Origin: Bigelowiella natans CCMP2755
Lineage: Eukaryota; Protista; Cercozoa
Direction: 5' to 3'
Assembly (NCBI GenBank): GCA_000320545.1
Contig: ADNK01002458.1
Span: 9,160-73,159 of the forward strand
DNA: 64,000 nt
Position 1 is the stretch's first letter, and each line of letters begins with the position of its first letter. Both the position numbers and the translations under genes were made by a program. Positions 1 through 12,064 of the stretch are shown in pieces. The notes under the pieces are model-generated. The model had not been told where the DNA came from, searched no databases, and saw only the letters and a program-made list of their open reading frames with translations.

Positions 1-1274
1 ATATACCACGGCTGCGGAGTCATCGTTATCTTCAATGATTTCTCTAAAATTTAATTGAAAATTTTCGCCGAATTCCAAGCAATCGCCGGGACGAATTTGA
101 TGCCGTTTCTGAAAAAAATACTAGGAGTGAGGGCTTATTCATTTGATTTACCGGCAAGATTACCCGAGTTACGGTCACAACGCTGTCGCAATCAATTGCA
201 TGGCAACCGAAGGCGCCATCTTCAAATAAAATCTGCAAAATTTAAAGCAGCAGCATATTAGTGAGCTTGGATTTGTCACACTCCGAGGTACATGCATTAC
301 CTTGAAGTGTTCCGGAGCAGCTGGGGAAGGCAGCGCAAATCCTTGTGCAACGTCCTTCACTGATGAACCAAAAAATGCGCCTCCTACTCCTACTGCAAAT
401 TCGTCTCTAACTTCGATTTCTGGTTGCTGTTGCTGTTTTTCATTTTCTTGTTTCCCATCCTCCTCATCATCACTAGACGTGTCACCCCAATAGCCTTCCT
501 CAGCTTCATCTTCATCATCACTGCTGTTGTTATTCTGAGTGGAAAGATAATGGTGAACATCACTCTTAACATATTTGAATTTCGCATAATCACCTCGCAA
601 ATGCTACCAACCATTGCCACCTCAGGGTCAACCATAGATTCCTAAGCATGGTCACGATGTTACGATACATTCGGAAGTGTATCAAAACCACGTCGGGATT
701 TTTATCATCAGATTCTAATCTAAAATAGAATACCGTTTCTGTCGTCCCTTCATTAATGTCGGATTTTGAATCCAAGCCACTGTGATTTCTCGTTTCTAAA
801 ATGACCATTAATTTTAGTTTGGCAAGCAATATCATTGAGATGAAGCATTACCACTTTCACTACTGCGAGAATCTTCCTTCGAATCAAAATCGGAATGTCT
901 GAACCCAAATTGCATTTGAAATTATGCTTTCGATCTTTACAAAGATTTCAAAAATTTACCTTGCTGCCTCCTTACCCCGCTTTTCTTCATCTGTTAATGC
1001 TCTCTCAAGTATACAGTATTTCCCATCTTGCTGTCTTTGCTCTTTCTCAATCCTTACCCTGTATAATATGAATAATCACGCCATTAATCATGTTCGATCA
1101 AAATTGATGTAAACATAAAACTAAATGGCGGAACACCGACCTCGCCTTTATCAATTCTCTTTGCTTTTCATCATGCCGTTGATATCGAGGTCTAGGATCA
1201 CTTGGATACGATCGGCTAAATTCTTGATTTTTCAACGTCCCTAATTTTGTGCTGGAAATATTGAGTTTTTCCAT
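1..1274 (-). CDS. Hypothetical multi-exon protein, 3' end runs off the window
   Basis: An open first exon MEKLNISSTK...QRELIKAR is followed by GT-AG-bounded exons (VRIEKEQRQQDGKYCILERAL; ESMVDPEVAMVGSICE; acidic NNNSSDDEDEAEEGYWG...APEHFK; ILFEDGAFGCHAIDCD). No family recognised. Confidence 0.55.
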
Positions 1275-1650
1275 GTTACCCCACTATGGGGAACAGCTCG
1301 AAGAACCTCAATCCGCCTTGTTGGAAGGGGGGGATTAAAGGAAAGTGAGAGTTAAGATGAGGTGGAGGCTGGAAGCAAAGCCGATACTTTACTTTACATT
1401 AACAGTGTACGACATGAATTTAGTCATGTCTTTATTAATATTTAGTTTGTCATTTTGCTTTTAGACGCTTTCTCTATTTTTATTCCCATTTGAGTGATTT
1501 TCAGATTTTAGGGAGAACACATCTTGCGTTAGAATCCCCGTAAAACATTCTTCCTAAGTTGGATGCGACAATTGAATGTGCAAATGAGACTTCAAAAGTT
1601 TTGGCGTAGATCTAAATTGAATGTCGATTCAAGAACCTATTTTTTCTAAA

Positions 1651-2360
1651 TTTTGACATGGCATCATCTGCAAATGTTTTGGGACAAAATGGCCTGTCGC
1701 AAACGGGGAAGTGAAACATCCCAATGTCTTGGCCGGAGAATCGCAAGTCTAGAAGTGTCCGAATCTAGCAATGTGGCACCCTTCTGGTTTTCCAGTTGGT
1801 CCTCACTTTAGCTAGTTCGAGGCACTGCTAGACTGCGTTTCGCACACTGCAAATGTCTTGCAACATTTTGGAAGTGTGGTTCATCATCATTGTTCATTGT
1901 GCGGATTCGCCAGATGGGCGTGGGATTTTCGGTCGCGATGGATTGTGTCATGGACGTTTGCCAAGCTAGCAAGTTTGGGAGTGTGGTTGAAGCAAAACAT
2001 TCCTCAAAGTTTCTTCACCTTTGTTTGTCATTTCGAATGTCGGATGTGTTTGATGCAATCGAATGCATGACGCATTGCGAAGATCAGAAAAGACTTTTCG
2101 TGATCACGACAATGGCACGGTCTAGCGGTGCTAGCGGTGCCCTGCTAGCTGCGCTGTGGGTTTTTGCCATGTCGTTTTCAACAAAGATTGTTTTCAAAAA
2201 AGACACGCGATCTAGGCGATGTGCCCATTGCAATTCCCGCCATGTCATTCCAGCAATTCAGTTCGTGAAATTTGCCCACTGACGACCTGCTGCTCATGTC
2301 AGCTGCACAGCATGACAGTGGCTAGAGCAGCCAGAGTGGGTCGTCAATGATGGACACAGT
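1651..2360. other. TpA-depleted, CTAG-retaining intergenic tract 1
   Basis: Manual count gives 11 TA dinucleotides in about 710 nt, 10 of them inside CTAG. CpG is abundant. Confidence 0.85.
1789..1900 (+). repeat. Copy of a dispersed ~60-110 bp degenerate repeat (core GTCTTGCAACAYTTTGGAARTG(TG/CA)GTTT...CATCATTG)
   Basis: Aligns by eye with 4477-4590 (+), 4310-4375 (-), 3944-3990 (+) and 4793-4830 (+). Confidence 0.7.
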
Positions 2361-2442
2361 GATACCACATGTAGTACAAATGTGATGTTACATGTCTAGA
2401 CACAGTAATAGCACATATAGTATATACATGACATTACATGTC
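2351..2442 (+). repeat. 46-bp tandem duplication
   Basis: Units 2351-2396 and 2397-2442 align without gaps, 36/46 identical. Confidence 0.85.
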
Positions 2443-3059
2443 TACAATGTCAGTCGTCAGCAGGCAAATTTTCATGTTGCGCATTTTGGCAAATTTTGCT
2501 ACTGCGGACAATGGGGAAATGAAATGTGGGGTGTGGCCCATGAGCGGCGGCGCTGCACCACAAACTAGCAAACTGTGGAACTAGATGTGGCGCACGATTT
2601 GCGTGTTCGATGCAACACTCTACCAGTGCACATGCATGACCACCACACACGCAATGTGGTGCGACATGAGTGCGTCATCGTGCCCACGCCATACTGTAGT
2701 TGTACTGCACACCCGTACACACATGTGCATGTGACTGAATGAATGTCGTCAACAACACAAGGAATGAGAGTCCGTGTCTTAAGCTTAGATAAATGTCATG
2801 CAACTTCGATTGAAATGGCTTGACTCGATTTTCATTTGGATGCTGCGTACAATTTGCAAAAATCGGGAGCTTTGTCCTTGTAAGTTTTGCGAAGACCCTA
2901 ATGGAAATGGCAGGCACAAAATACCATCGTTAACAAGAGTCTTGTGAGTCCCGCTGCACAGGGTATTTTCGGTAAAAATTCGGGGGATTGTTGAATACTG
3001 TTCCAAACTGAGATCGAGAAAATTAAAATAGGGCTTTAGGCCGCTGACAACACTTCATT

Positions 3060-3744
3060 CATACCGCTTCCAGTTTTCCCCATTTGCCCGTAAACCTGGT
3101 AAATGGAAACATTGATAGTCAAATACAAACTGTTTTGACTAAATTCAGGTGTTTCCTACTTCTCCATTATTTTATCAAGATTTCCCAGCTTTTCAGGACA
3201 ATTCTGAGAGTAGAATTTTTCCAGAGAGCTTCTGATAAATTCCGCGGGAGGATACGACTTCACGGTTGCTTTGCTCCCCTCCGTTTCTGCAATCCTCTTC
3301 GCACGCTCCCTTGCCTTTTTGTCTTCCTGCAAGAACGTCCCGACGTTATCATGCATCTCTTACAATCTCAGTTAATATATTTTGAACCAATGTTAGAATA
3401 ATCATACCAGTGCTTTCAACTTAGCTGCTTTTTCTGCTCGCAGTTTCATTCTTATTTCACGCTCCTTCTTCGCCTGATATGATGCGTGTCATTTTACCGT
3501 CTCTCGAAACATGATCGAATATTCTTACCGCAGCTATCTGAGCCTCTTGATCAGCGCCTCCCTTTCTGGCCATCATTCCAGCCTTTCCGCCACCACCTTT
3601 TCCTTCGGAAGCTTTACGTTTCGCTGCATCAGCACGAGCACGGGCGATTTTCGACGCGTTAGATCCCTGAAATCGCCAAATCATCAGCATCATCACTTGA
3701 TCCTAGTACGTGGATCCTAAGAACGTGATGACCACCTTTCCCAT
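3060..3744 (-). CDS. Small basic protein with an At2g23090/SERF-like N-terminus and a C-terminal FY..NCPEKL..LD.I..KF.G helical motif; 3' end uncertain
   Basis: Spliced reading MGK|GSNASKIARARADAAKRKASEGKGGGGKAG...IAA|AKKEREIRMKL...|EDKKARE...LEKFYSQNCPEKLGNLDKIMEK|FTGKWGKLEA with in-frame GT-AG introns. Confidence 0.65.
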
Positions 3745-3943
3745 TTCCAATCTTAGTTCGATATGTTCGTTGCCAGCGCTGTCTTGTCAAGGTAGACCCC
3801 CCCTGGATTTATGTGAGGCTCAATGTCGATTGCGGTGTTGTAAAATTCAGGTCAATTTACATCTGCGACATGCTTATAATTCAACGTTCACACTGCGAAT
3901 GCCATGGACACTGAGGTGAACCTGCAGAAGATTGAAAAGTGGG

Positions 3944-4830
3944 TCGCACTTTGGAAATGTGGTTTCACATTTCATCATTGTTCTTGTTCTTGGGTCTTGA
4001 ATCTTGGATGAGATGCAGCTCGTAGTCCTTTTGTAGTTCTGCTTTCCCGACCGCTTGAGGCGCATCTAACTTCTTGGTAGTGCTTGTCTGCGTCTTGTTG
4101 GAATGTCAAAATGAACACAAATCTTGAATCTTGAATCTTGGCACCATTGTTCTCACTTGGACACTCCAGCACTGTGAGGAACAGGCTTTTCTCGAAATCA
4201 AGAGTCCCTGTGTCCTGGCTCTGCTGCCTGCTCCTCTTTTTTTGATGCTTCTGATTCCAGCAAAACCAAAGTCCTGCTCACCCGACTGTCTAGCTGTGGA
4301 TCGGTGCTTGGAAACAATGAAACAATGATGAAAAACTGCATTTCCAAAGTGTTGCAAGACACTTGGAAGTGGCCTTCAATCAAGGACTTCCTAGCACGTG
4401 CTTTGCGTCGCCGCCACGTTGCTGCTAGTCACACTGCTCCATGACAGCCAGTGTGTCGACTTCAAAATCCTGCTAGTTTTCACCAGTCAGTCCTCACTGA
4501 AGCAAGTTCTGTGGAGGCACTGCGTTTCGTGCATTGCAAGTGTCTTGCTGCACTTTGGGAACGTTGTTTTTCATTGTTGTCTTTGTTTTTGTCTTTGTGG
4601 TGGTCCTCTCAATTGCACCGCCGTTCAGACCGTGGAAACACTTCGTGCAGCAGTCACTCGTTCAAAGACGTGCCAGCGTGCAGAGCTGAATCAATCCGTT
4701 CATTCACTCAATCATTCAAACAGCCCTGGCGATGGTTCTTGTTGGAGAGACTCTCGAGACCACATTGCCTGAACGAATGAACGAACGAGCAAAGGGAAGT
4801 GCAGTTTTTCATCATTTGTCTTCATCTTTG
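3944..4830. repeat. Cluster of four copies of the dispersed repeat in both orientations (3944-3990 +, 4310-4375 -, 4477-4590 +, 4793-4830 +)
   Basis: Shared core CACTTTGGAAATG(TG/CA)GTTT..TCATCATTG, with one inverted copy. Confidence 0.6.
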
Positions 4831-5880
4831 AAAGTGCTCAATTCAATGTTCAATGTTCAATGTTCCCATTGTGTGGTTCTTGGTGGCGCACGTCTAGACG
4901 TGGGAGGAAGTGAACACTTGTCATGTTTCCCTGACGGTCTGGCGGCACAGTGCTTGCACATGTGCGCGCGTTTGGAGACTGTCACGATGCAAAGTTGAGT
5001 GCTCAATGTTCAAAAGGCCATGTGCGTCGCTCTCACTTGCATTGCTGCCTGCAGTGTATAAGTGCACGGAGTGCAAAAGAAACTGGCAACTTCGTGAGCG
5101 TCGAGGAAAATCAGAGCGTGGCTGTGCACGTGGTCGGTGATGTGCATGTGCCTGTGTAGCTGGACGCAGTCTAGCAGTGTGTGCTGATCGATTGCAATTG
5201 GCACAGCGCGTGCATGTGCCTCGCGACAATTGAGCATTGCATCACTTCATCATTCCGTTGAGGAACGATGTTTGTTCTGCAGCAACGCATTGGACACTCA
5301 ACAACAACGCAACAAAGCAACGCATCGAGGCGACACGATCGATGCACCGTGCGCGGCCCTGCCGGGTGACGCTTCGATTCGCTTTCGCAAGTGGTGTTGT
5401 TTGCCCTTCCCGGTCTGCTAGTTCCAGTCGGTGCCCAGAGAAGCAGGGAAAATTGAGTGTGCGATGCATTCCTAGGTTCATTTGTCGCGCAGCCAGCACC
5501 TCTAGATCTGCTGCTTCAGGTGAGCGTGACAACGCATCGATCCAGACATTGTGCTGGCTTGCATGCTGATGAACTTTGAATTTCTTTTGTTTCTTTCGGC
5601 GTGCATACGTGAGAACACGCAACTCCACGTTCGGAGTGGGACCGTTGCCACACAATGCTAGAATGGCAGCTGCTGGCTAGACTGGTTGCATTGCCATTGT
5701 TCCCCGCTTGCATCCCTGCTAGCCTGCATTCTAGCATTGCAGTGAAGCCTGCATGCAATCATCGCAGTCTCGATCAGGCGATGCTGCAGCCAATGCACTA
5801 CATGACAACCAGCTAGCTGCTTGTGAGAACATCTAGACATGCATGCACTCCAAATGATCGCCATGGGTAGTCAGTGCGTT
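4081..5880. other. TpA-depleted, CTAG-retaining intergenic tract 2
   Basis: 4081-5056 has 5 TA in 976 nt, all in CTAG. 5061-5880 has about 14 TA, 10 in CTAG (manual counts). Confidence 0.9.
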
Positions 5881-6175
5881 CAAATGTCAAGCAAGCGCGT
5901 CAGATTTGTTCATTGTATGTACTGCCGCACTCAAGCAGCGACGTTTTGCCACCAGTCATTCACAATAGCTAGCTAGCACAGCCCAGCACACGCGACCAAT
6001 TTTTTCCTTGGATGCATCGCAGCTTGTGCAAAACAGGCCAACATTAGTTACAAATCACACACTGCTGGTCTCATTCCATTAGTTTGTTAGTAACAAATGT
6101 GTCACGATGATGTTAATTAGATGCGAGGGTAGCAGCAAATCTCTGTATTTTCGAACAAATGATTCAGGAGTTCGA

Positions 6176-6785
6176 TTAGTACTCATCAACCAATTCTTTT
6201 TCGTCGTAATCTTCTACCCCTTTGTAACTCTGCTCTTTCTGTGAACTACTTTCTGTTTCGACCACCTCCATCTCAGAATTGTCAGATTCATTCTGGACAG
6301 CACCATGATTGCCTTTGTTACTTTCAGTTTCCTCCTTCTTCTCTCTGTATCCTAAGCTCATATACTTGTCGTAGCTACCGTCAAATAGTGTCTTTGGGAA
6401 AGTTTTACGATAGGTCTTTATGAGCATACTTGTGAAACTGCCGTCATTATGAGCGTCGAATTGATCATCATCATCCTCTCTTAAAAACTTCTTTTGATTT
6501 TTGATCTTCAGTGCTTCCGCTACGTTACCCCTTTGGAGGTAGTACATCAGAAGAATATCCTTTTCATTACGCTCTTCGAGAAACATCTTCAGGTGGTTTT
6601 CCTCTTCTGGAGTTAACGCTAACTTGACCAATCCCGCGACATCATCCATCTCGCAGAAATGATCGAAGAACACGAAAAACAACCTCCTCGATGTAGCACT
6701 TCCATCATTTCCAAGTGAATCCTTTAATTCACATGTATGAAAATCAGATATTCTAATTAATCATCAGTTAAACACATTTCAATTA

Positions 6786-6828
<43 letters not shown>

Positions 6829-7630
6829 GCAAGGAGATACACAATGCACACAACTATTCACTAACATCTTCATCATGGATCTTATACGAAATGATGGTAT
6901 CTACTTACAAGGAGAACAGTCCTGATATAAACAAGTGCGTCTATACTTGTCCAATGCTCCAATAAGATTCGAACGCATAATTCATGTTCATGAACTGATA
7001 CATCATAAGATGATGATAAGGAAGAAACGGATGTATTTCTTGTCTGTGAAGTAGTTGTTAGGGCCCTAGTCTTGATAGATTCGATGAGCGATCCGACAAA
7101 CGATGTCGCTATTGCATCCAGGTTCAAGTAACGAATAATCACTAGACATTGAAAGGCCTCCGGTAGGAACTTGCCACCCTGCATACCAAGTAGCGCATTT
7201 AAATCTTCTGCTCGTTTTTTACTCTCATTATTATCTTCGTCCACTTCCATCCCACCGTGCTGCAAAAAAAATAACGGAATACACACACAGAAATGGTTAC
7301 AACAAAGACTATGTAGAAAGAAAACGTACATACACGAACGTGCGACGATAAAAAACCTCAATAAATTACTGGCAAGAGAGTTTTCAGAATGAAACATTGC
7401 TTGCACATATGCATCAAATATACATTTGCATGGATGAATTTAGGAATCATCGGACAAATGCTGCAACACATTTACTTCTTCGAGACGACGATATCGGCAA
7501 TGAGAAGAATAATAAGTCTTTGGCGGGATATCCAGTGCGGAGTCCACAGCATGGAAGCACCTCACTTTCTGCTCATACAACAATTAGTCACGTTGAGAAC
7601 ATCATAAAGGTTGTGTTATGTGCTATGTGC

Positions 7631-7661
<31 letters not shown>

Positions 7662-8030
7662 TACAAGTGGGGATGTATCTATGTACTGATTGTAGTAGTA
7701 GTAGTGTTCGATCTCATCTTGTTTCCGTCCTACATACATGCAGAATGTATGATACAAACTACACATCATCATCCTCCTCATCATCATCATCTCATTTTTC
7801 TTCTTTTTCATACATTCTCCAAGCTGGGACTCACGACGAAAGATCGTACGAAATCGGACGACGAAAGCTGGGCCCTTTTCTCATTTTTTCCATGTTTTCT
7901 ATCAGATTTCCCCCCTAGCTGCTCTAAGTCCAAGAGGAAGTAAAGCACTACTGCATACAGCTGATCCAGGCTCTTTCGTACCCAAAGCTGCGATGTATAT
8001 CACCATATATGTGTATAAATAAAAATATAG

Positions 8031-8070
<40 letters not shown>

Positions 8071-8630
8071 TTATAAAGAATTATTTTTATATATGCATGC
8101 ATACATTCATTTCCGTCATCATCACCATCGTCATGTTCATAGATGCAGGATTGAGTAATTTTCAATTTTTAGTCAACACATAATGGAGGAAATCAGAATA
8201 CCACGTCACAAGACAACACACGCACAAGTTAATAATAAAGTACAAATCCTCATACGATGAAGGGCAGTAGTGGTGAAAGAGGAAGAAAGGATGATTCAGA
8301 GGTGGATACTCCTACTACTCTACCTGAATGACTTGATCTTCATCTTTGGCATTATCATCATCATCATCATCATCATCATCATTTTTGTAGTCTTCTGAAC
8401 CACAGCCCTCCATGGCGTGCTTTAGTAACGCCAAGACGCTATCAGCCCCGTTAAAGGGGTATATAGAAGAGGAAGAAACAAGTGAGGGGAGCAAACGCTC
8501 CACTAGTAGCGCCTCTACTTTCTGACAGAAATAATATATTTGATTTCACAAGAAGGAAGCCAGTAATGAGATCAAGAGATGAGGAATAATTCAACTGTGG
8601 GCAGCTTCACAGGTTAGAAATCTTACTATT

Positions 8631-8665
<35 letters not shown>

Positions 8666-9657
8666 CTGGTACTAGTAAGAGAAGGAGGAGGAGGAGGAGG
8701 AGGAGGAAAGGAGTAAACAATATCATACCTATAAAAAAATTCCTTTCCCAATTTCTACTACTATTATCATATTCTGTGCTGATTGTGCTATATGGTACCA
8801 GATAAATTGATTTCCTCCTCCTTTTTTCATCCTCTTTCGAACCTCTCCCATTTCGCTCTCCATTTCTTTGCAGAAGACTTGTTGTACCACCCCCAGCACC
8901 GCTTGTTCTCCCGCTGACTATATTTACTGAATCACGGTCCTCAAGGATGATTCTCTGTTTCAGATTCATTGAATCCTCCTCATCCTCCTCAGAAAGGTGC
9001 TGTCTCTGGCTTGGTATCCCTGTCATTTCGTGAATCCTGCGCTTGATCGTGCCCACAGTTACTACTCCTCCCCGTCGAGTGGGAAACTGATCATTCTCGT
9101 TGTTGTTGTTGTTGATGTTGTTATTGTAAAAAGGGACTATAAGTAGGCCATTGTTCTCAAACCCCTGTCCTTCAACCAGTATTTTCGCTTCATCGATAAG
9201 ATTAACTTCCAGAGTTGGTGTTGATTGGGAAGATAATAATGAGTTGTCACGACTCCGAGTAGCTGCTTTGAGAGCTTTTAGCGCCGCTTCGGTCCTTTTT
9301 TTGTAGCGAGTACGTAGATGATCATAGTTGCTACTGCTGCCATGATGATGATGAGCTTCATTAAGCCATGAGATCACACGCAGGTACTCATGCAGCACAC
9401 GGCATTTTGCGGATAATAATGCGTGGGTTTGCCTGTCCTCCAGATTGAGCTTGTTAACATTGATAGACTCTAAGAACTCGAGCAATAGGCGGGCTTCTGA
9501 AACTGATGTCGGTGGAACAGCAGCAGCAGCAGTAGAAGAAACATCGCCAGTGTATACCTTTCTCTGAAACAAGTGATACCTGTTCATGGTAAGCAAAGAA
9601 AGTAAGGTCATAATGGATCAGTATCATCGTTGAACACCGCAGCAATCACGGGAGAGT

Positions 9658-9691
<34 letters not shown>

Positions 9692-12064
9692 AGATATTCT
9701 CGGTATTGAAAAGGATGATAATAAAAAAAGATGGAGGAGGAACGGTGGTCACAAAAATACTCCTCACACAAACAACCTCGTTCACTGTGAAAGAAAGGCT
9801 ATCATCATCATTATGTAGATTGATGCATTGATTGACCAACCCGTTGTTGGTGCCTGTAGCTGCGAGAAGTTCTGTATCTGTGAGATATTTCGCAATCACT
9901 GCGGGCACTTTGACTTCGCCGAGCTCCTTATCATCAGCAAACTTATATGTGGAAGATTTTTTATCTATTTTGATATCTTCTTTATCCTTGACAGTGAGAT
10001 CTGCGCCCCGCTTACCCACTAAGAAGTCTCCACATGAACCCATTATTGCTGCCCCTTTGGCTGGTTTTGTCCAAACCAGTCTTTCCCCATGGAGAACAGG
10101 TCTGATGATGATAAAAACCCAGAAAGAGAAAGAGTATTGAAATGAAGAAGAGAGATTCTAGATGGTGGTAATCATTGTTTATTCGCGAAAATTTTTATTA
10201 GGTGAAATGCTTTGCGTATATTCTTGTCCCGTCATCCCACTACTACTTTGTCTACTCTTCATGTCTATTTCCGCGTATTATGATGTGACTACTTACACTT
10301 CTGAAACTAAGCTTTCGTCGTGCATCTGAAATATGCAAAAAATCGCTTCGCCGCGCTTTGATCTTTTCGTCGGGTTGGTTTTCATTGGAATAATCTTTAA
10401 GATTTCGCCCCCATGATGCCCTTGATGGCTAAATGATTTTTTTTTTGGATCTAGGGCGACGAAGAGAATAGATCCTAGTGTTGAGCCTATCAAAGCATAG
10501 TCTCCAGACACTCCTGCCGTATTTAGTTTGAGACATCTGATAATGATGATGATGAGAAGGAGAATAAGTAAGGGAGTAATATGATCACAATGGTGATAAT
10601 GATGGATTTTATTTTAAATTCATGAGGTTATTCAACTTCACTCGTTTTTTCTTTTCTTTTCACCACCAAGTTACATCCGCAATCACCATCACATCTCTCC
10701 TGTTTCCAATGCTTCTTCTTCAATCTCATATTCATTATCTTATTCTTTAGTTTATGTTATGTCTCTTAGTAAAACCTCCGGAGGGTGAATTGGCCCTTTG
10801 TTTGGAGATTGAATTGGCCTCCATCTGGGACTTTGTGGAGATCATAAGCACCGTGTTTGAATCTTGCGCCCGTGCACCTAGGTGCTCCCCCCAATATTTC
10901 TTTAAAGTGGAACTTTTGCAGCAAACCTTCTTGTGTCACTAGTAGAATTCTCTGTGGTATTGTGAAATTTGGAGGAGAAAGAAAAAAACAGAGAGCGAAG
11001 AGAGGATATGGGACTACGTAAGATTTCATTATCCAATCCGCTAGGTGATGTGTTAGTAGAGGGAGTTTCCTACGTTCAAAAAGCACCACCAACACCCAAT
11101 ATACCTCGTCTAAGGGAGAGAATTGAGACATGGATGTGACGATCGAATCACCGCATCGAATAGTTGCCACAGCCCCTTTTTCCTGAGGCCCGGCTAAAGG
11201 ACACACGTGCAACAACCCTCCCCTTCTTCTTCTTCTGCTTCTTCCTCCCCCTCCTCCTCCTACTTCTTCTTCATTATACTCTAAAATGCTAGCTTCGCTG
11301 CTCTCAGTATAACTACTGCTCACGATGATAAAACGCTTCTCTAATTTTTCCTTTGAATCTTGCACAATAATTTCGGTCAGACAATGAATCTCTTCCTCCT
11401 AATTTTGATAGAATCACCATTCATTTTACAAGATTAGTAATGAACCTATGTACTATATTTGAGGGATTTGATCAGTAAAATAACCATCATGAGTTTAGAC
11501 TTTACTACCGGAAAGGTCCATGTTGACGCTAGGGCTCCGGTGATGAGGTTGTAGGTTGATACCTCTGAGTCACTCACAAGCCAACCATAGTCCCCCTTAG
11601 AGCAGGCTCCCAATATTTTGACTTTCTGTCGTTCCATACCGCCCCCCTCTAGAGTAATACAATGTTCTTTCTCTTCAAATTTGAGCTCTGCCTCTCGTTT
11701 TGCAGGTGGATCTTCTTTTCTGAGGACTCTATCCAGCAAACTAGAGAAGTTTTGTTCTCCCTTCTTGAATTCATCCTCGATCGAATTCGACCCACCCGCA
11801 CTAGATAATACCTCCCGCTCACGCCTATTAAAAAATTAAATCATCGGAGTTAATGAAGTACAAAAACTTGTCAAGAAATGCGAACACGTGTCGGCCTCGC
11901 ACAAACCGATCCACGCACTTTGTGACCGGCCATGTGTGAGGACAATTACAGCCTATGCAAGGTAAATACAACTACGTGCATGCATACATATACCTGACGG
12001 AGATGACAGATTTCGGGGTTAGGAGATGGAAAGTCGGTGTTCCCATCCTCGCCCTTTCCGCCAT
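6176..12064 (-). CDS. ELYS: Nucleoporin ELYS/AHCTF1-like protein (N-terminal propeller-like region, internal ubiquitin-like insert, C-terminal ELYS helical domain)
   Basis: The last exon FCEMDDVAGLVKLALTPEEENHLKMFLEE...ILLMYYLQRGNVAEALKI matches the ELYS domain motif (LLKLPF...E...L..FL...LL..HLQRANY..AL.L). N-terminal GWLVSDSEVSTYNLITGALASTWTF resembles animal ELYS LEVVNSITGERLSAYRF. The first exon MAERARMGTP splices in frame. Confidence 0.8.

Noticed and set aside
4106-5864. Dense stack of overlapping ORFs in all six frames (also 1858-2282)
   Set aside because: Artefact of TpA loss: TAA, most TAG and Tyr codons are missing, so frames stay open. The translations are nearly Tyr-free, Cys/His-rich and motif-free.
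1651-5880. CpG methylation decay or classical fungal RIP as the cause of TG/CA richness
   Set aside because: CpG is plentiful in these tracts, and TpA, the product of RIP, is the dinucleotide that is missing.
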